Shown here: in pieces, positions 25,301 to 38,970 of the stretch
Layout of the letters: every line of letters begins with the position of its first letter
Numbering within the stretch: the first letter of the stretch is position 1
Assembly (NCBI GenBank): GCA_964304625.1
Contig: OZ199839.1
Location: forward strand, 3,762,470-3,826,469
DNA from: Kudoa neothunni
Taxonomy: Eukaryota > Animalia > Cnidaria
Length of the DNA: 64,000 bases
Direction of reading: 5' to 3'
Program-made: the position numbers and the translations under genes
The notes under the pieces: generated by a model
Database searches by the model: none
What the model was told of the DNA's origin: nothing
The model's input: only the letters and a program-made list of their open reading frames with translations

Positions 25301-28300
25301 TTTTTCATCTCTTATATATAATTATCAGAGTCGAAACTATTTTTGTAACATAAGGAAGTGTATTTTATGTAATTGAAATTAAACATTAAAGAAAATAGTA
25401 ATTTATAAAGATATTTTTCCTTAAAAAATGTGGATTATCGATTTTACGTAACTTTTAGGCTTCAATCTTAATTTTCATAACCTTTTGCTTTAATTAATTA
25501 CATCCGTAATATCATTGTAAATCATTTAGACATGAAGAAATGTTTATTATTTTTCCATTAGTTCAAAATTTATGAATGTAAGTCGATAAATCTTTACGTT
25601 TCGCCATTTTGATCTCGTATCTATTTCAACTTTAAAACTCTTAAAACGAGAACGTCGAATTAATTTCCTCATGTAAAATGAGCTTGAATTCATTAAAAAG
25701 AAACATTCTGGAAAAGGGGCCAAATAATAATTGTTATACTATAGTTTATAATTGGTTAAAAGCATTAGCGCCAAGAAAACAGATTTATTATAGGCAATTA
25801 AATGTGCAAAAAAATTAGTAAATGAGTTCAATTCAAAATAATTATTACTTTTAGAAGTCTTTATGGTTATTGGTTGCGTCGTAATTTATTAATGATCAAT
25901 TTTCTGGGGTGAACATTTACGCACTCAAAACCGTTACCTTAACAAGTAGAACAAATTGAGTGATATTGCTGCAAGATCTTTGACTGGCTTTTTTATACAA
26001 TTTTAATAAAACTGTATTATTCCATCGACAAAACAATGTCAAATTATTGTAACATGTACAAATTTTCAAAAATAAGCTTTGATTTGCGCTCGGAATCCAA
26101 TTCACATCTAGGAAAGAGATCTAAAATGATTTATGAGCTAATTTTGTGTCCATTTCTAGGAGTTGTTCAGATCGTGTTTGATTTGTCATCACAAGAATTA
26201 ACGATTTTTTAACGACAAGAAAAAGTTACTTGTTTAATTTGAGTAAAATAAGAAATCGAGAATAATGATGAAACATTTAAAATATATCTAATTTTTCAAA
26301 ATAGTAATTTCAAAAGTACTGTCAACAATTTATGTGTACATCTCTGTAGCTCAACTTTTAACCATGAAACTAAATTATGTAACATCATTCTCGTCTTTTT
26401 TTAAATTCAGCAAATTAACTACCTTACCTATATAAACGAATAATTTACTTTTCAAAGTCCAACTACAAAAGTATTTCGATTAAAAACCACATTATTTAAA
26501 TGATAGCGATCCAAGTGCACAGTCACTAGATTTGTTTCAGCCTATGGTAAAACTATAAAAATCTTTCTAAAAAATAATAATTGTGAACTTTACTATATTA
26601 CTTCAATACGAAATATTTTTATTGTCTTCTCACGCATCAAAAACGTAGGTAAAATCTGTCAGTAATGTACTTTCAGTAACTTTTCTCTGGTCCCTAAGGG
26701 ATTACGTAAAAAATGTTACCTATTGTATAAAGTTTTAAATAATGACTCTTCTGACCGAAGCGGTCTGCCGTCATTGATGCACCCAACGATAGGATCTGCT
26801 ATCGGTACACAAACTTTTCAAGTTGGGGACTATAGTTCGATTCTCGACAACTGCCATAGATCCCAAAAAATAAAAAAAATAGATCAGACTTTTTAGGAAA
26901 TTTTCTAATCCAAAAACTTTAAAGGTATATCAATAACTTGGACTTATTAATGTTCTTCGCGGATCGAAGTTTATGTGCCCATCGACTATGCACATCATAG
27001 CTTAAAGTCAAATTCTGCGAAATGTTTCAATAATCCAAGAAAACGGATCATTTACAATAAATCCTATATTTTTGAACTTTTTTCATTATCTAACATTATA
27101 AATTAACACAAAATTGTTGAGTAAACTTATTAAGAGGTTTTAGAACTCGAAGTTGTTGGAGGGTTGATCGTTTATAAACTCATAAATGGATCCGATTATT
27201 ATTAATTCTTTTCAACTAATATCTACAATTAATAATCAATAAGAAAAGCATCTCGCTGAAATATTTAGTTTTTTTTTGAATTTTGATATGAGTAACTTAT
27301 TTTTGAGAATATAATTGTTTATTTGTAATTAACTTGCCAATGTTTTCACACTTTTCATTAATGATAATCTCATGAATGTTAATTTGTTTTTATTTTAAGA
27401 AAGAAATATATTAGTTTTCTTTAGGTTCTAATCGTGGTTGTATTATGGTAGTTGTCCTGTGTTTTGTTGCCCATGCACTATCCTGTTTAATGGCAACAGG
27501 ATGTGCGTTTGTTGTGGCCTTTGTGATGGGGCTGATGAACAGTTTACTCTCCTATAACTTGTACTACATAACTGCATTATTACTGTATGGGCTTCCTGTT
27601 GAAATAACCTATGTGTGCACATACTTTTATTTACTCAATAACACATTTGTGGTAGATAAATTTTTTTGTCGAATCACTTATTCCATATATAGAACTATTT
27701 ACCATACGGATCGAAGGTGAAACAAATTATCATATATTGGGCATTCACTAGTTCAGATTTGTTTGCGTCTGTGATTTTTACTCTTCTATTTGATCTATGC
27801 TCTTCATACTTTCATTTGTTTTCAATGCTCTCATTTTTCCCTTTGTTCTTTATTCGTCAAACTGGTTTTTGCAACTACATCAATCCCAAGGTCTATAGTA
27901 TTCTCTACTATATCACCTATCTCGGGTTCACACTTGTTTGGACAACATATAAAATGTACGTTGCAAGTGTATTATTTGGAGCTGCATTAAATTTTTTGGA
28001 CCGTACACCTTGTTTGTTTCCATCCGAATATGTGGTAGCGTTTGTTGTTTCCTGCACAACGTTGATTCTATTCGATACTATTGTAAGCTGATGATTATTG
28101 TTTCTTTGGCCACCAAAGTACACGGTTATTTTAGAACTCACTTATTGTACCGATGGAAAAAGTACAAAAGTGCTTTGTGAGAGTTTTATTTTCTTGTTGG
28201 GTTATTGTTCTGTTTGTGGTGTGCTTCACCTCATTAACACCTCCATACGAACAGTTTACTGCTCCAAAACGTTTAACAGCTCACGTAACATCTATTCTGC

Positions 28301-29167
28301 TGAAAGCCAGTCATGAATATAACTTCCTATTTGTGTAGCATATGATTCACTCGCAGTTCGATAAAAATATGGTTCTATTCAATAAATCTGCTAAAATGGT
28401 GGTTATGGCTACAGACCATAACTGTCTAAGAGGTTATGGTAAGTCGCTCACCAAAAAACTAAAACCACTAAGCTCTGTAGATCGGTTTTGGCATAGCATC
28501 AATGCGTTTACTCTTATTCCCGAATTTAAGTACGCTCTTAAGTAGTGAAAAATGTATATAGTTATAATTTAGAAGTTCATTATTTTATTACGATACTCAA
28601 ATCCCAATACTTAACGAATTGACCAGTGCACCATTTTTACTCAATAAGACTGGAACAAAGAAAATTTCTTCCACCACCATTCGTTTCTATTTCAAACTAT
28701 ATTGTATTTCTATTGGGGATTAAAATTGGTATAATTTGGATTGATGGTGTAGGTGATCAAGCTACGCTAATTGATATAGTTCTACCCAAGTCCCTCACAA
28801 TTTCACGTTGGTCATTTTCCCAGCCTCCTATAGCTAATGGAAAATCTTCAAATGGGGAGAATATCTATAACCAGATATTTTTTGTATCTGATCCGCTAAA
28901 TCCTCCTCAATTTTGGATAGACATTAACCTGTTGAAAAGCTCATCAAACAATCAAGTATTATTATATTTGAAAGTTTTCATATTTACTCAATTGATGCAT
29001 CTATATAGCCGATTTCTTTCAATATCATCGCCACGATGCATCGTTTCGCAGAAAAAAATAAGCCCACTCCGGATACTATTGCGTTAAAAAAGATGCTTCC
29101 TAAACATGTTGCTCCTGTTACCAACATCATCAAAAGACTAGATTATGTGTTTGATTTTTTATTTTAA
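22347..29167 (+). CDS. ERMP1: Endoplasmic reticulum metallopeptidase 1-like (M28 peptidase plus multi-TM domain)
   Basis: SHYDSV..SPGASDN, NGAEE, INLDSAG, FKSGQIPADTDFQVYRDHG, YHNQYD, VYFDYLG, TM segments and PY....PKRL. A ~3.7-kb intron spans ~23683-27424. A frame change near 22766 needs either a 40-bp intron or a 1-nt correction. Confidence 0.9.
24200..25267 (-). mobile_element. Decayed Helitron-like dispersed repeat, related to 36855-37548
   Basis: 24880-25260 is colinear with 37150-37548 (gcacgcacc.aaatg.aca; gttaaattaac; aatgttaa). Both copies have ccgtcg.tt at the left end and a TATA-rich right end. Boundaries are approximate. Confidence 0.5.
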
Positions 29168-29517
29168 CATAAAATTTTATCCAATTCTCCTGTCGTTGAT
29201 TTTTTGTGTGTGGGGACCATTTTTGGGAGCAGCAATCCTACATTATTGACTAGGGTTATAAGAGGTGATTATAAATTCTCAGACATTAACGGCTTAATCT
29301 ATATAAGATTACCCATTTAAATCCAACCTAAACTGTTTAACATCAACATAATACTGTTGAGATTGGATATTGTGTAATTCCGAAATTTCAACGTTATGTT
29401 TTTTAGAAAGAAATTTATTTTTGTGATATTGTTACTATTTTATAATTGTGTAAACATATTTGACATTAAAAATTTTATTTATACTTAAATTCTGGTTATC
29501 TCGTGGAAATTTTTGAA

Positions 29518-29750
29518 GGAAGTGGTTATTGACACGGACCACAATATCCAGGTAAATATAGTTCTGACTGCATTTGATTATTGCTGGCCCTAAAGCGGTG
29601 GAGATGAACCAACAATAATTCATTACAGCAGATTCTAAGAATGAAATTTATAGATCAACTATAAATAGGAGTTCGCGGGAGTAAAACTGAGTACCGCGCG
29701 TGCGTAGTTTCCATTTCGGATTAAAAACTTCCGTGTCAATAACCAGTGCC
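29518..29750. mobile_element. 233-bp MITE with GG-starting TIRs (Merlin-type)
   Basis: ggaagtggttattgacacgga ... tccgtgtcaataaccagtgcc (16-bp perfect core); flanks atttttgaa / atttttaa. Confidence 0.7.
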
Positions 29751-31028
29751 ATTTTTAATGCTTGGTTGTTAGGTGCGGCGCGATTCTTTAATCGTTAGTG
29801 CGTGGTTTCTGTGGCTGATTAATATAAAACTGATAGTGTTGTCTTCATTATTTCTCATGAACAAAGCAATATTTAAGAGAAAATGGATATTATCATTCGA
29901 TAAAAAAATTACAAGATGCGAAATCAATGATAATTTTTTTAGTTTAAATTGAGTAATATGGCAGTTTACAATGAGTATTAATATATAATCACGTTTAAGG
30001 TCATTCCATATTTGATAGAATTTGCTGGCACGAAAAATTGAAAAATACGGGTATTAAAAGTGAAACGAAGAAACATTGTTCACTCGGATTCAAAAATATA
30101 GATAATGGGGTGCATGATTGGACTGTTAAAAAACGATCGAATGGTAACGTTCATTCGGGGGATGCTATTATGGAAAAGGCTTCTTATATTGCAAATAAAA
30201 AAAACAAACAATATTAAGGCTGACAATTTGCAAAAGGTGGCTTTCAGGGTTCAAGTTAATATTTGAGATATTTTCAACAGGATTCATGGTGAAGTTGCGA
30301 GTGCGAATGTTGTATTATAAACCCCAAATTAGCTGCTAGTTCCTGATTCTTTTATTTTTGTTGTATTTTGTGTCAACGTGTTTTCTTTTGCTAACCGCCT
30401 TCTAAATTTGGACACAACATAGGTGTTTTAAAGGAGTCAAATATCGGCCGCGTGAATATTATTCACAAACAAACGCATGCATGACGCGCCTTATATTCAT
30501 ACGAATAATGAGAAAGTTGAATTAAAAGGTGACAAATGAGGATAGAAAAGCTCTAATTTTGTTGAGTCAACATAAGCTTATCCAAAAAATACTGATTCTT
30601 TTGAAGATATCAAAATTTCATTCCTCCTAAAAAATAAACCTCATATTCGACAACACCTTGATTTAGGCATCATTCATTGTTTTCAAAGTAGGCACAAGAA
30701 TACAATGATCAAGAATATGGTTTTATGTGAAGATTCTAGCATCAAAAATATAAATTGCTAGACTCAATCTTAACATTAACCAAATTTTTGGATAGCATTC
30801 CGCCAACAATTATTATTAATTGCGTGAAAAGTTGTAAATATTTGATAGTACTAAATACGATTAGAATAACAAAGTTTAAATTAGTTTTTAGAACACGAAG
30901 ACATGAGAACACTATTTCTAATCAGCAACAGTTCTCAAGGTAATATCTTATGTATACCTCATTTATTTTTTTAGATAAAATAGAAAATTTTGAAAATATT
31001 TTTGGCGATTATATTACGACAATATTAA

Positions 31029-33323
31029 CCTTCCGAGCGCCCTAAAATCGACAATACGATCTCCTTCTTTTGGATCAATATGACCCCAGGTATTTTTTTT
31101 CTTATAATGATATAATAAAATAATTCATGACATTTATGAGAACTAAACTTAAATCTAACCGTTAGTTTTGGAGTAATGGCTAAAAATAGTGTCTACGGGA
31201 TTGTTTGAACAATACCGAAATCAATAAATTGTATACATAAATCAGTATCTGATTAATTAAAACCATTAAACGATTCCCATTTATGATTCTTCAAACATTT
31301 AATAAAATATTTGTTTGAGAGTTGCAGAAAAAGCAATCATGTATAAAGAAAAATGAAAAGTTAATATATTTTTTTGGCATCGAATAATTGATTTATTTGG
31401 AGAATTTTGAGATGATAACTTTTAAATGGTTTTTACAACAATGTAATTGCAATCTGGAATAGAACGTTTATATTTTTTGCCTCGAGCACGGTCACACAGA
31501 TAACGTCTTCCTATTAGAACGATGCTTGCTAGTCGCAACGTTTTGTTCAACTCCATCAATGTTAACGCGAATATGCTTTTCCACTGGACTATTGGCTAAC
31601 TGTTCTAAATATTTGAATCTGGAGAGGGATGGATCCGCGAAAATATCCTTGTAAATGTGAAAAGCGTTAATTAAGCTGGTATCAATCATATTTTAGAAAA
31701 CAGCTGTTGGTGATCGATTCATGTATCTTTCGACACTTGTTGTAGAAATAATCCTGTCAACTGTTTCTACACCCCCTGCATTGATTATAATGGAGTATAA
31801 CTTCTGGTTTCCCGCGCTTGTTGTCTTTAATGTTTGTATTCAAGAAGGAGGTTGACAGAAGCAAAACAACTTTATTTTTCTTTAGGACGTATGAAGTTAA
31901 CATAGATTTCTTACGAAACAAAAATCTGCTGCTATAAAATTCCCCTTTACTGTATTTTTTAGATATTGAGGAATGTTCCTATTGTCGCATTGAATCGTTG
32001 AAAGTATGGTCTTCCCCCATTTGAAAGTTTCTCTGCAAGAGGAATAGATGCGAAGAAATTCTCAACGACAATATTTCGACCACCATCCTTAAAATTTTTG
32101 ACAAGTTCTAACACCACATTTTCTCCGATATTTTTCCCCCGTTGATTATTATTCCTCCCTAAATACATTAATATGTTATGTGTATACTTTGTTACAGGAT
32201 CGGTGAGCAAGAAAAATTTTATGCCATAAACAGCTGGTTCGGATGGCATATACTGTATAAAGGGGACATTTTCCACGAGACGCAACCAACTGTTCATCTA
32301 CTGTCAAATTTTCTCCAAGTATAAACCGTTTGGAAATGCAATCTTTCCATTTTCCAAATACTCCCCCTACTGGGAAAAATTTATCTAAATAACGGCGAAC
32401 TTCACGGCTTCAAAATCATCAAAGTGGAGCGCCCTTGATATTTGGGCAAATCGTTTTAGGGGCATTATTTGCTTGAATATATGTCTTCCATTTTTCACGC
32501 TCCAAAGCAGCTTTAGAGACTTCAACTTAGATTTAAAAAGAATTTTATAGACAAGAACGCCCATATAAGCTTTCACTTACACGTCGGTTAAATTTAACCA
32601 ATCACTCCCATAACGAGTCAATCCAAACTTGTTTGTGTTTGATTTCACAATTGAAAAAAAGATTTGATTGAAAAATATCAAAAACGAATCGACCAGTTCG
32701 GAAATTATTGTTGTGGTGTACGTTTTGACTCAAGGGTGTTGGCTGACAATATTCTCCTTCCTGGTTTTCGCTATTCTAGACTTTTCAATCGACCATTTAT
32801 CTCCATTTTTATCAACATAACAAATTTTAGCAATTTCGTCGTCACAAAAATCTGATCCAGAGGTAAAATTAAATTATTGAATTTCACCATAAATTTCATT
32901 GACCTCAGTATCATCATTTGACAATAATTCGTGTTCAAAATCGTTCATCGTTAAAAATTTACCTCTCCGGCGATTATTGGTCAACATCCGAAAGTTAATT
33001 TGGGGTTTTTCTATTTATTCATGTAACAAAATTCCATTTTCATCTAAAGATATTGTTTAAAAATATTTAATCTATAGTTAATTAATGTATTAAGTATCTT
33101 TTTGAGAAAAATAACTGGGGTCATATTGACCCAAAAGAGGGAGAGTGTAGTTTTCGTAAAAAGTTTATTTATTGCTAAATAAAATTCAATACCTCAATTT
33201 CAGAAAGAGAATGAATTTTTAGGAAAATAGCCAAAGTTTTAAATATAAATTTGACTTTTAAGTTGGTTTAAAATACAGCTGAATGTCGTTCGGAGTCATA
33301 TTGACCCAGGGACGCTTGGAAGG
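31029..33323 (-). mobile_element. Full-length decayed piggyBac transposon
   Basis: TTAA TSDs; TIRs CCTTCCGAGCG / CGCTTGGAAGG; subterminal GGGTCATATTGACCC palindromes. Fragmented transposase: MPLKRF..I.R.LHFDD, TVDEQL, FIQYMPSEP..YGIK, ENFFASIPL, GVETVD, INAF.IY. Confidence 0.92.
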
Positions 33324-35070
33324 TTAAGGATGAATATAATGCGGACTTTTTCCCCACAAATGATGAATCTGATGATATCGAACCAATCATTAAAAAAGTC
33401 AAATTTTCAAAAAAAAACAAAAACAAAAAATGCCACGAGCATTCAGAGCGATGCATTAATTTAAGAAGATCTATTTAGGTTGTCTGATTTACTTTCCAGA
33501 ATGGAGAGAATTCAAGTAATATCACGAGGAAGATTCCAACAAAAAGTCGCAAACCATTTAGACAAAATCTGCTAAATTTTATTTAATTTATTTTAATAAA
33601 ACTGGTTTGTAAGAATAATCATCAGGGGTAAACTTAAGAAAGTCGTAATTCATGTAAAAATGCGCCCGTGCGAAACTTGATATTGTGTACACCATTTTAC
33701 TGTGCGGTTTTTTGCTGGTCCCCTGAATCACGAGGTATCGAATCTCGACTGTATCTTCATGTTTAATGTTCCCCAGTAAGATTAAATTATGTTGGATTGA
33801 TTTCCAGCAGAACATGCCACAGAGTGGTTTCATCCGAATGTGATTGTAGCCCCCTTTTTTGTAATTTGCTGTAAGCGGGCCATTCATTATTGGAGATTAT
33901 TGAGCCAGGAGTAAATTCATTCCTTAAAATAGAATGAAATGTTTTCATGTTATGTTTCTGAATTTTTAAGTAGCCAATCTCTAGAAGTTTTCATTTCTTC
34001 TTTGTGTCAACCGAACACAAACCTATTTCAAATATCCAAAGTCTATCGATTCGATCCCCCATTTATCTTGATTTGTATAACGGCTTTTTTTAAAACTAAT
34101 ATTTTATATTGTGTGACTTTTTCTACACATTCATTCGTCATATAATTCGTTTATATCGGAAGGTATCCATTATTACTCATATCTTCTACGAAATAGAAAT
34201 ACCATAGGTAACATTATGTTACATTTTATAATTCAGAAAATGACCATAAAACTTCTTTAATGGACGATTTTTCCAGTTGTCATTTTTGATACATCTTTTA
34301 TTTACGGATTATCACCAATCCAAAGTTATTCCTTCAATAGAGCGTAGTCGTTAGATGGTTGATGTAATTGGGACATTGGACTAACCAGGTGCTCACGTTA
34401 GATTGTATGAGCGTTTTTTCATTGCTTATATAAGTTCATTACACTTCCCCTATTATTTTTCGTCTTTCCATGCAATAAGCTTCCGTCAGTCTCGAAGTCG
34501 AAACTGTCACCTCTAAAGAGTTTTCTTGTACGAAATAATTTTGAGCAAACGACCCCCACCTTTGAAAACAATAAGGTAGTGATGAGTTTCAATACGGCTA
34601 TCTTTGTTTAGGTTGAATAAATGCTATTTACCAATGCACATTAAATAATTATCATCATTATCATTGTTGATAGCTTTCTCTTTGAGTTTGAGTTAGCGGA
34701 AGATAAAAAAGTATTTTTATGGGGAAGAATTTAGTTTTATATGTATTTTGTGTTGAACATCGTTTTAAGGTTTGTTATTAACTTCGACATATATATATTT
34801 ATATATATATATTTATATGATTTGGTTGTCATAATTGTCTAGCGAATAAGGTTGTATGTCGATAGTAGAATTCTTATTATCTCTGTTTCTTTTTGATTTA
34901 TACATGGAACCACGACTTCTACAATTTTTGCGTCTTTAAGGAGTTATGATAATTACTTTTTTAAGCGAGTTATCCGAATAAAAGATTAGCAATATTTACT
35001 AAAGTTAAAAATCATCATCTTTTCTTTAGGTAGCCATGTTTATAACAAATACCGACGAACGCACGTAATA

Positions 35071-36200
35071 CAGTATTTCAGGATCAACGTGCAATTTTTA
35101 TCGAATTAATTTATATTTCCAATTATCAATTATTTCAGAGTTTAGACAACGCGTAAAATATGACTCTGCATAGTAGCAGTAATCTTGACCTTGCTGGGAT
35201 GTAATGTGATTTGGCTCACACATTATAGTTGGATGCAACTCTTCTTTATTTGAAGGTTTTTTGTTCGCTACAATGGACATTAATTGATGGAAGAATTTCT
35301 CAATTGGGTTTAAAAATGGGCTGTAAGGTGACAACAAAAGAGGTTCATAACCATTTGATTCCACTTGCTGTTTGACCAATTCCGTTTTATGGAACCTTGC
35401 ATTATCCATTGCCAGAAAAGCACTTCCGATTTCATGGATTTGGAAGCCATCAAACAATTTATTCATAAATTGCGAAAATACATTTTGATTTGTGAATCCA
35501 TTTAGTATAAAGAATCTCTATATCTTTTGTGGCGAAATCTCTGCAATTTGGGTGTTCTTCGCACGGATAGTTTTTACCCCAAAGTTGGCTTTAAGTTCGA
35601 CAAGCGCTCTCCAAAATGATTTTCTCACAGATAGAGAAAATTCGGATACATTGATGTAAATTATGGTCAGATGATGAGGTGTCTATTCAAGATACTCTAT
35701 AAAGACTTATGATTTAAATAACAAGTGTAGTGATACCTTTTTTTCTCTTCAACAAAATTTAAGGTGAGTTTTGGACCACCGAGACGAGTGATATTTTTTA
35801 ATAAATAGTCAAAACTATTCAAACAATTGCGTACATTCTATTTTATAACCTGAATCTGATGACGGTCATGGAGCATTCTAATTGTTGATTCAAACGTTAA
35901 AATGGAATCATCGCGTGCCAATTGTTTAAAAAATGGTTTATACATTTACGTCGGTTTGAATCCAGGATCACCGCTTTTCTACTAGCTGTAAAAACTCCGG
36001 TTTAGTGATTTTTCTTTAAAATTTGACCAATTATAGATTTACGCACTATAATGGGTTCAGCAATGCATTCTTTTGTATTCTTTAGGAGGCTACTTACCTA
36101 TAGGAGGTGGAGTATTTCTTGAATGAATTTAACAACCAATCTATACCTATCTATTGCGTAATTTTTGATAGTCCCTTATAAATCACGTAAGAAGTAGATG
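35071..36200 (-). mobile_element. Decayed Tc1/IS630-like (DD34E) transposon
   Basis: ORF 35098-35466 reads MDNARFH...LSPYSPFLNPIE with 34 residues between D and E. The terminus TA-CAGTATTTCAGGATCAA resembles the TIR of the element at 60188. The other end was not located. Confidence 0.8.
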
Positions 36201-36854
36201 TGTTCCATTATTTTTGGTTGTTCTGTTATTAATAAGTTTCTATTCGAAAAATACGATATTAAAACCAAGATTAATTTAAATTAGTTTCTATCACTTTATT
36301 CTACGAAATGGCGAAGTAAGATAATAGTTGTATTAAGCCTATCCAACATAAAAAAATGTTGGCTCGTGTATTTTAATGTAAAATCGTAACTTTTTTATCT
36401 TCTGTAGTAACAAATTTACATAATGAGAGTGTGATCACGTTGTGTAAGCATATTTCTCTATTACGAAATAACCAATATCCATCCTTAAAACCAAAACCAC
36501 GATGTATTTTGAATTGTATCCTGTCTGAATTTGGGATCCATCATTCAACTATGTAGTCTTGATTATGTTTCATTTCAGGTTTCAGGATCAAATTAATATC
36601 CCTTTATCCTAATATATTTAATACACTCATTCCTGCAAATAACGACGCGATCCCTTGGTATCGACTTAAATAATTTAATTACTTTCACAAAGTAAATTTT
36701 CAACGTCAACTTTAATTCTAATAAAGGCAGAGCTTATTGACACAATAGATTTTAATCCTAAACAGTATGTACGACGCGTAGGGGATTTTTTTATTCCCAG
36801 TAACTCTTACTCACAAGCTGTATAAAGATTTAGTTTTTTAGTAACTGCTATATT

Positions 36855-37548
36855 TAATTATTCTCATCCGTCGCTTCACTCTTAGGGGCAAAAAATACTT
36901 AAATTTAGTCGAAATAATGACACCCGAATATTATTTACCGTGCGAATGATCACTTTATTTAATTAATGATAATTCAATTTAGAGGGCAATTACAATAAAA
37001 TCTGAGTAATCATCATTAATATTATAAGGGTTAAATCTATCTTGTTATAATAAACGATAATAATACATTATTAATTAAGCAAATGTAAAACTTTTTGCTG
37101 TATTTAAATCCTTATATAGATCTTTCAACGCGTGATTACCAACTCAAGTATGACAAGTCCATGTATATGGATTGTGTAATCGCACGCACCTAAATGAACA
37201 CGCCCAATGTATGTGTATCTATAAATGATATCGTTAAATTAACAGTTGATTAGAGCTTATATGAGAGAATGTTAATTTCACTTGATTATTATTCTGAAAT
37301 GTGTCAATCCTAATGCGGGAATCTTGTAATCTGTTTAACATACTCAAAACTGACAAAATCACTTTATTCTCAATGTTTTTGATAATTTCAATGATGTGAT
37401 AACGGTTGAAATACTTTTTATAATATTGAGCATTATTAAAAGTATAATAAATGTAAATCTAGAAGTTAAAAATTATTTCCGTACAAGCATACTCCTTCCG
37501 ATGTACGCACACACAGGGACACTCCTCGTTTATACACGAAATAGATAT
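36855..37548 (-). mobile_element. Decayed Helitron-like repeat
   Basis: Minus-strand start A|TCTATTTCGTGTATAAAC; homologous to 24200-25267; the 3' end is degenerate. Confidence 0.5.
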
Positions 37549-37764
37549 GATTATCATGTAATGAAATAAATCAGTGACTTTTTTTCGTAAACATAATAAT
37601 AATAAAAGCCATAGAAAGATTTGATTCTCCATTAACTGGGGAATTCATCAATAATTCGCTAAACAACAATTATCAACGACAATTCATATTTACGAATATT
37701 TTATAGTAACATTGGGATTCTTTCTCTTGTAATCAGTTTTAACGAAATTGAATTCATTACAATT

Positions 37765-38970
37765 ATGAAAGCACAAAAAAAGGAAAGCTTGATGAATTTA
37801 AGGAACGGATCCCTAACAAACTAATTATCGTGAGACTCATAAACGATCCCTTTTCCCCGATTGATTAATCGTTAGTGATAATGTTTCCTATTTTCAGAAC
37901 TGGTCAAAATATTCCACGAATAGGATTTGGGCATGTTTTTAAAGAGAAAATCACTATTTAAATAAGTTTATTTAGCACGTTTCAAATACCAGCCGATAAG
38001 GTTGCTCATCTCGTGAAGGAAGCTGTCGACGTGGGGTACAAACTCATTGATTGTGCAATGATTTATGGGAATGAGTACACCCTGGGTCACGAGTATTTCT
38101 CTACTCTAAAGGAAAGGGATCAATTATTCATCATATCAAAGCTTTGGTCCACCTACCACGAATCAGAGAGAGTTGGAGAGGGACTTGAAAAAACGCTTTC
38201 TGATTTATGCCTTGACTACCTGGACCTTTACATAATTCATAATCCTGTTCGATGCGACCCAAATGATTCCAGTTTCATAAAAAGTCAATATTTTCAAAGA
38301 GAATGGATCGTTGAAACATGGCGAGCAATGGAAAAATTGTACGAAAGTGGAAAATGCAAATCGATTGGAGTGAGTAATTTTTCCACCACCAAACTGCAAT
38401 GGCTTATTGATGAAGCCTCTATTGTGCCACACGTTAATCAAGGTAATTTGCAATAATTCAACATAATCAATCATCTAGTATAATCTAGTCGAATTACATC
38501 CCTATTTGCCCCAGAACAAACTTGTTGACTTCTGCCGAGATAACCAGATCCAAGTTATTGCCTATTCTCCTCTTGGCTCTCCAACGACTCAGAACACCAT
38601 ATTTGGCAATCCAAATGCTCCTGCTATACTTAAAGATCCTATTATTGCCGAAATTCCGAAATTGCGAAGAAAAATGGTATAACACCCGCTCAAGTAATTT
38701 CCTAAACATGTAAAGTGAGGATTACATCTTTAAACAAAAATAAGGTGCTCATTGCTTGGAGTGTGCAGCGAGAAATACCTGTTCTGGTGAAATCTTCTAG
38801 CAAGGCACGCATGACAGAGAATCTCGCTGCAAACCATATCACTCTTCCTGATGATGATATGAGAACCCTTTCAAATATGAAGACTCAATGCAGATATATC
38901 GACTTTGATTTGTTTTTTGGTTGAGGGCAAAACGGTGGATGACTATTGGGATGGAGAAACCTTCAATTAA
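37765..38970 (+). pseudogene. Aldo-keto reductase (AKR1/AKR4-like), disrupted as assembled
   Basis: IPRIGFGT, IDCA.IYGNE, FIISKLW, LDYLDLYIIH, IGVSNF, NQVELHPY, AYSPLGS, WDGE; the catalytic D-Y-K-H tetrad is intact. Lesions: an 8-bp duplication at 38648-38663 and an extra T at 38913-38918. The start is either 37765 (needs a GA donor) or 37881. Confidence 0.8.

Larger units (their letters stand above)
29484..33751 (+). mobile_element. Decayed pogo/Tigger-like transposon interrupted by two nested elements
   Basis: Frameshifted motifs IMEKA..RWLSGFK..IHGEVASA (30165-30306) and F.PP....QHLDLGIIHCF (30620-30682). The right TIR ends in ...CTCGACTG-TA; the left end is approximate. Confidence 0.6.

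Noticed and set aside
26786-26856. tRNA-like remnant with a B-box (gttcgattc) in the ERMP1 intron
   Set aside because: The acceptor, D and T stems do not pair; at best a decayed tRNA or SINE relic.
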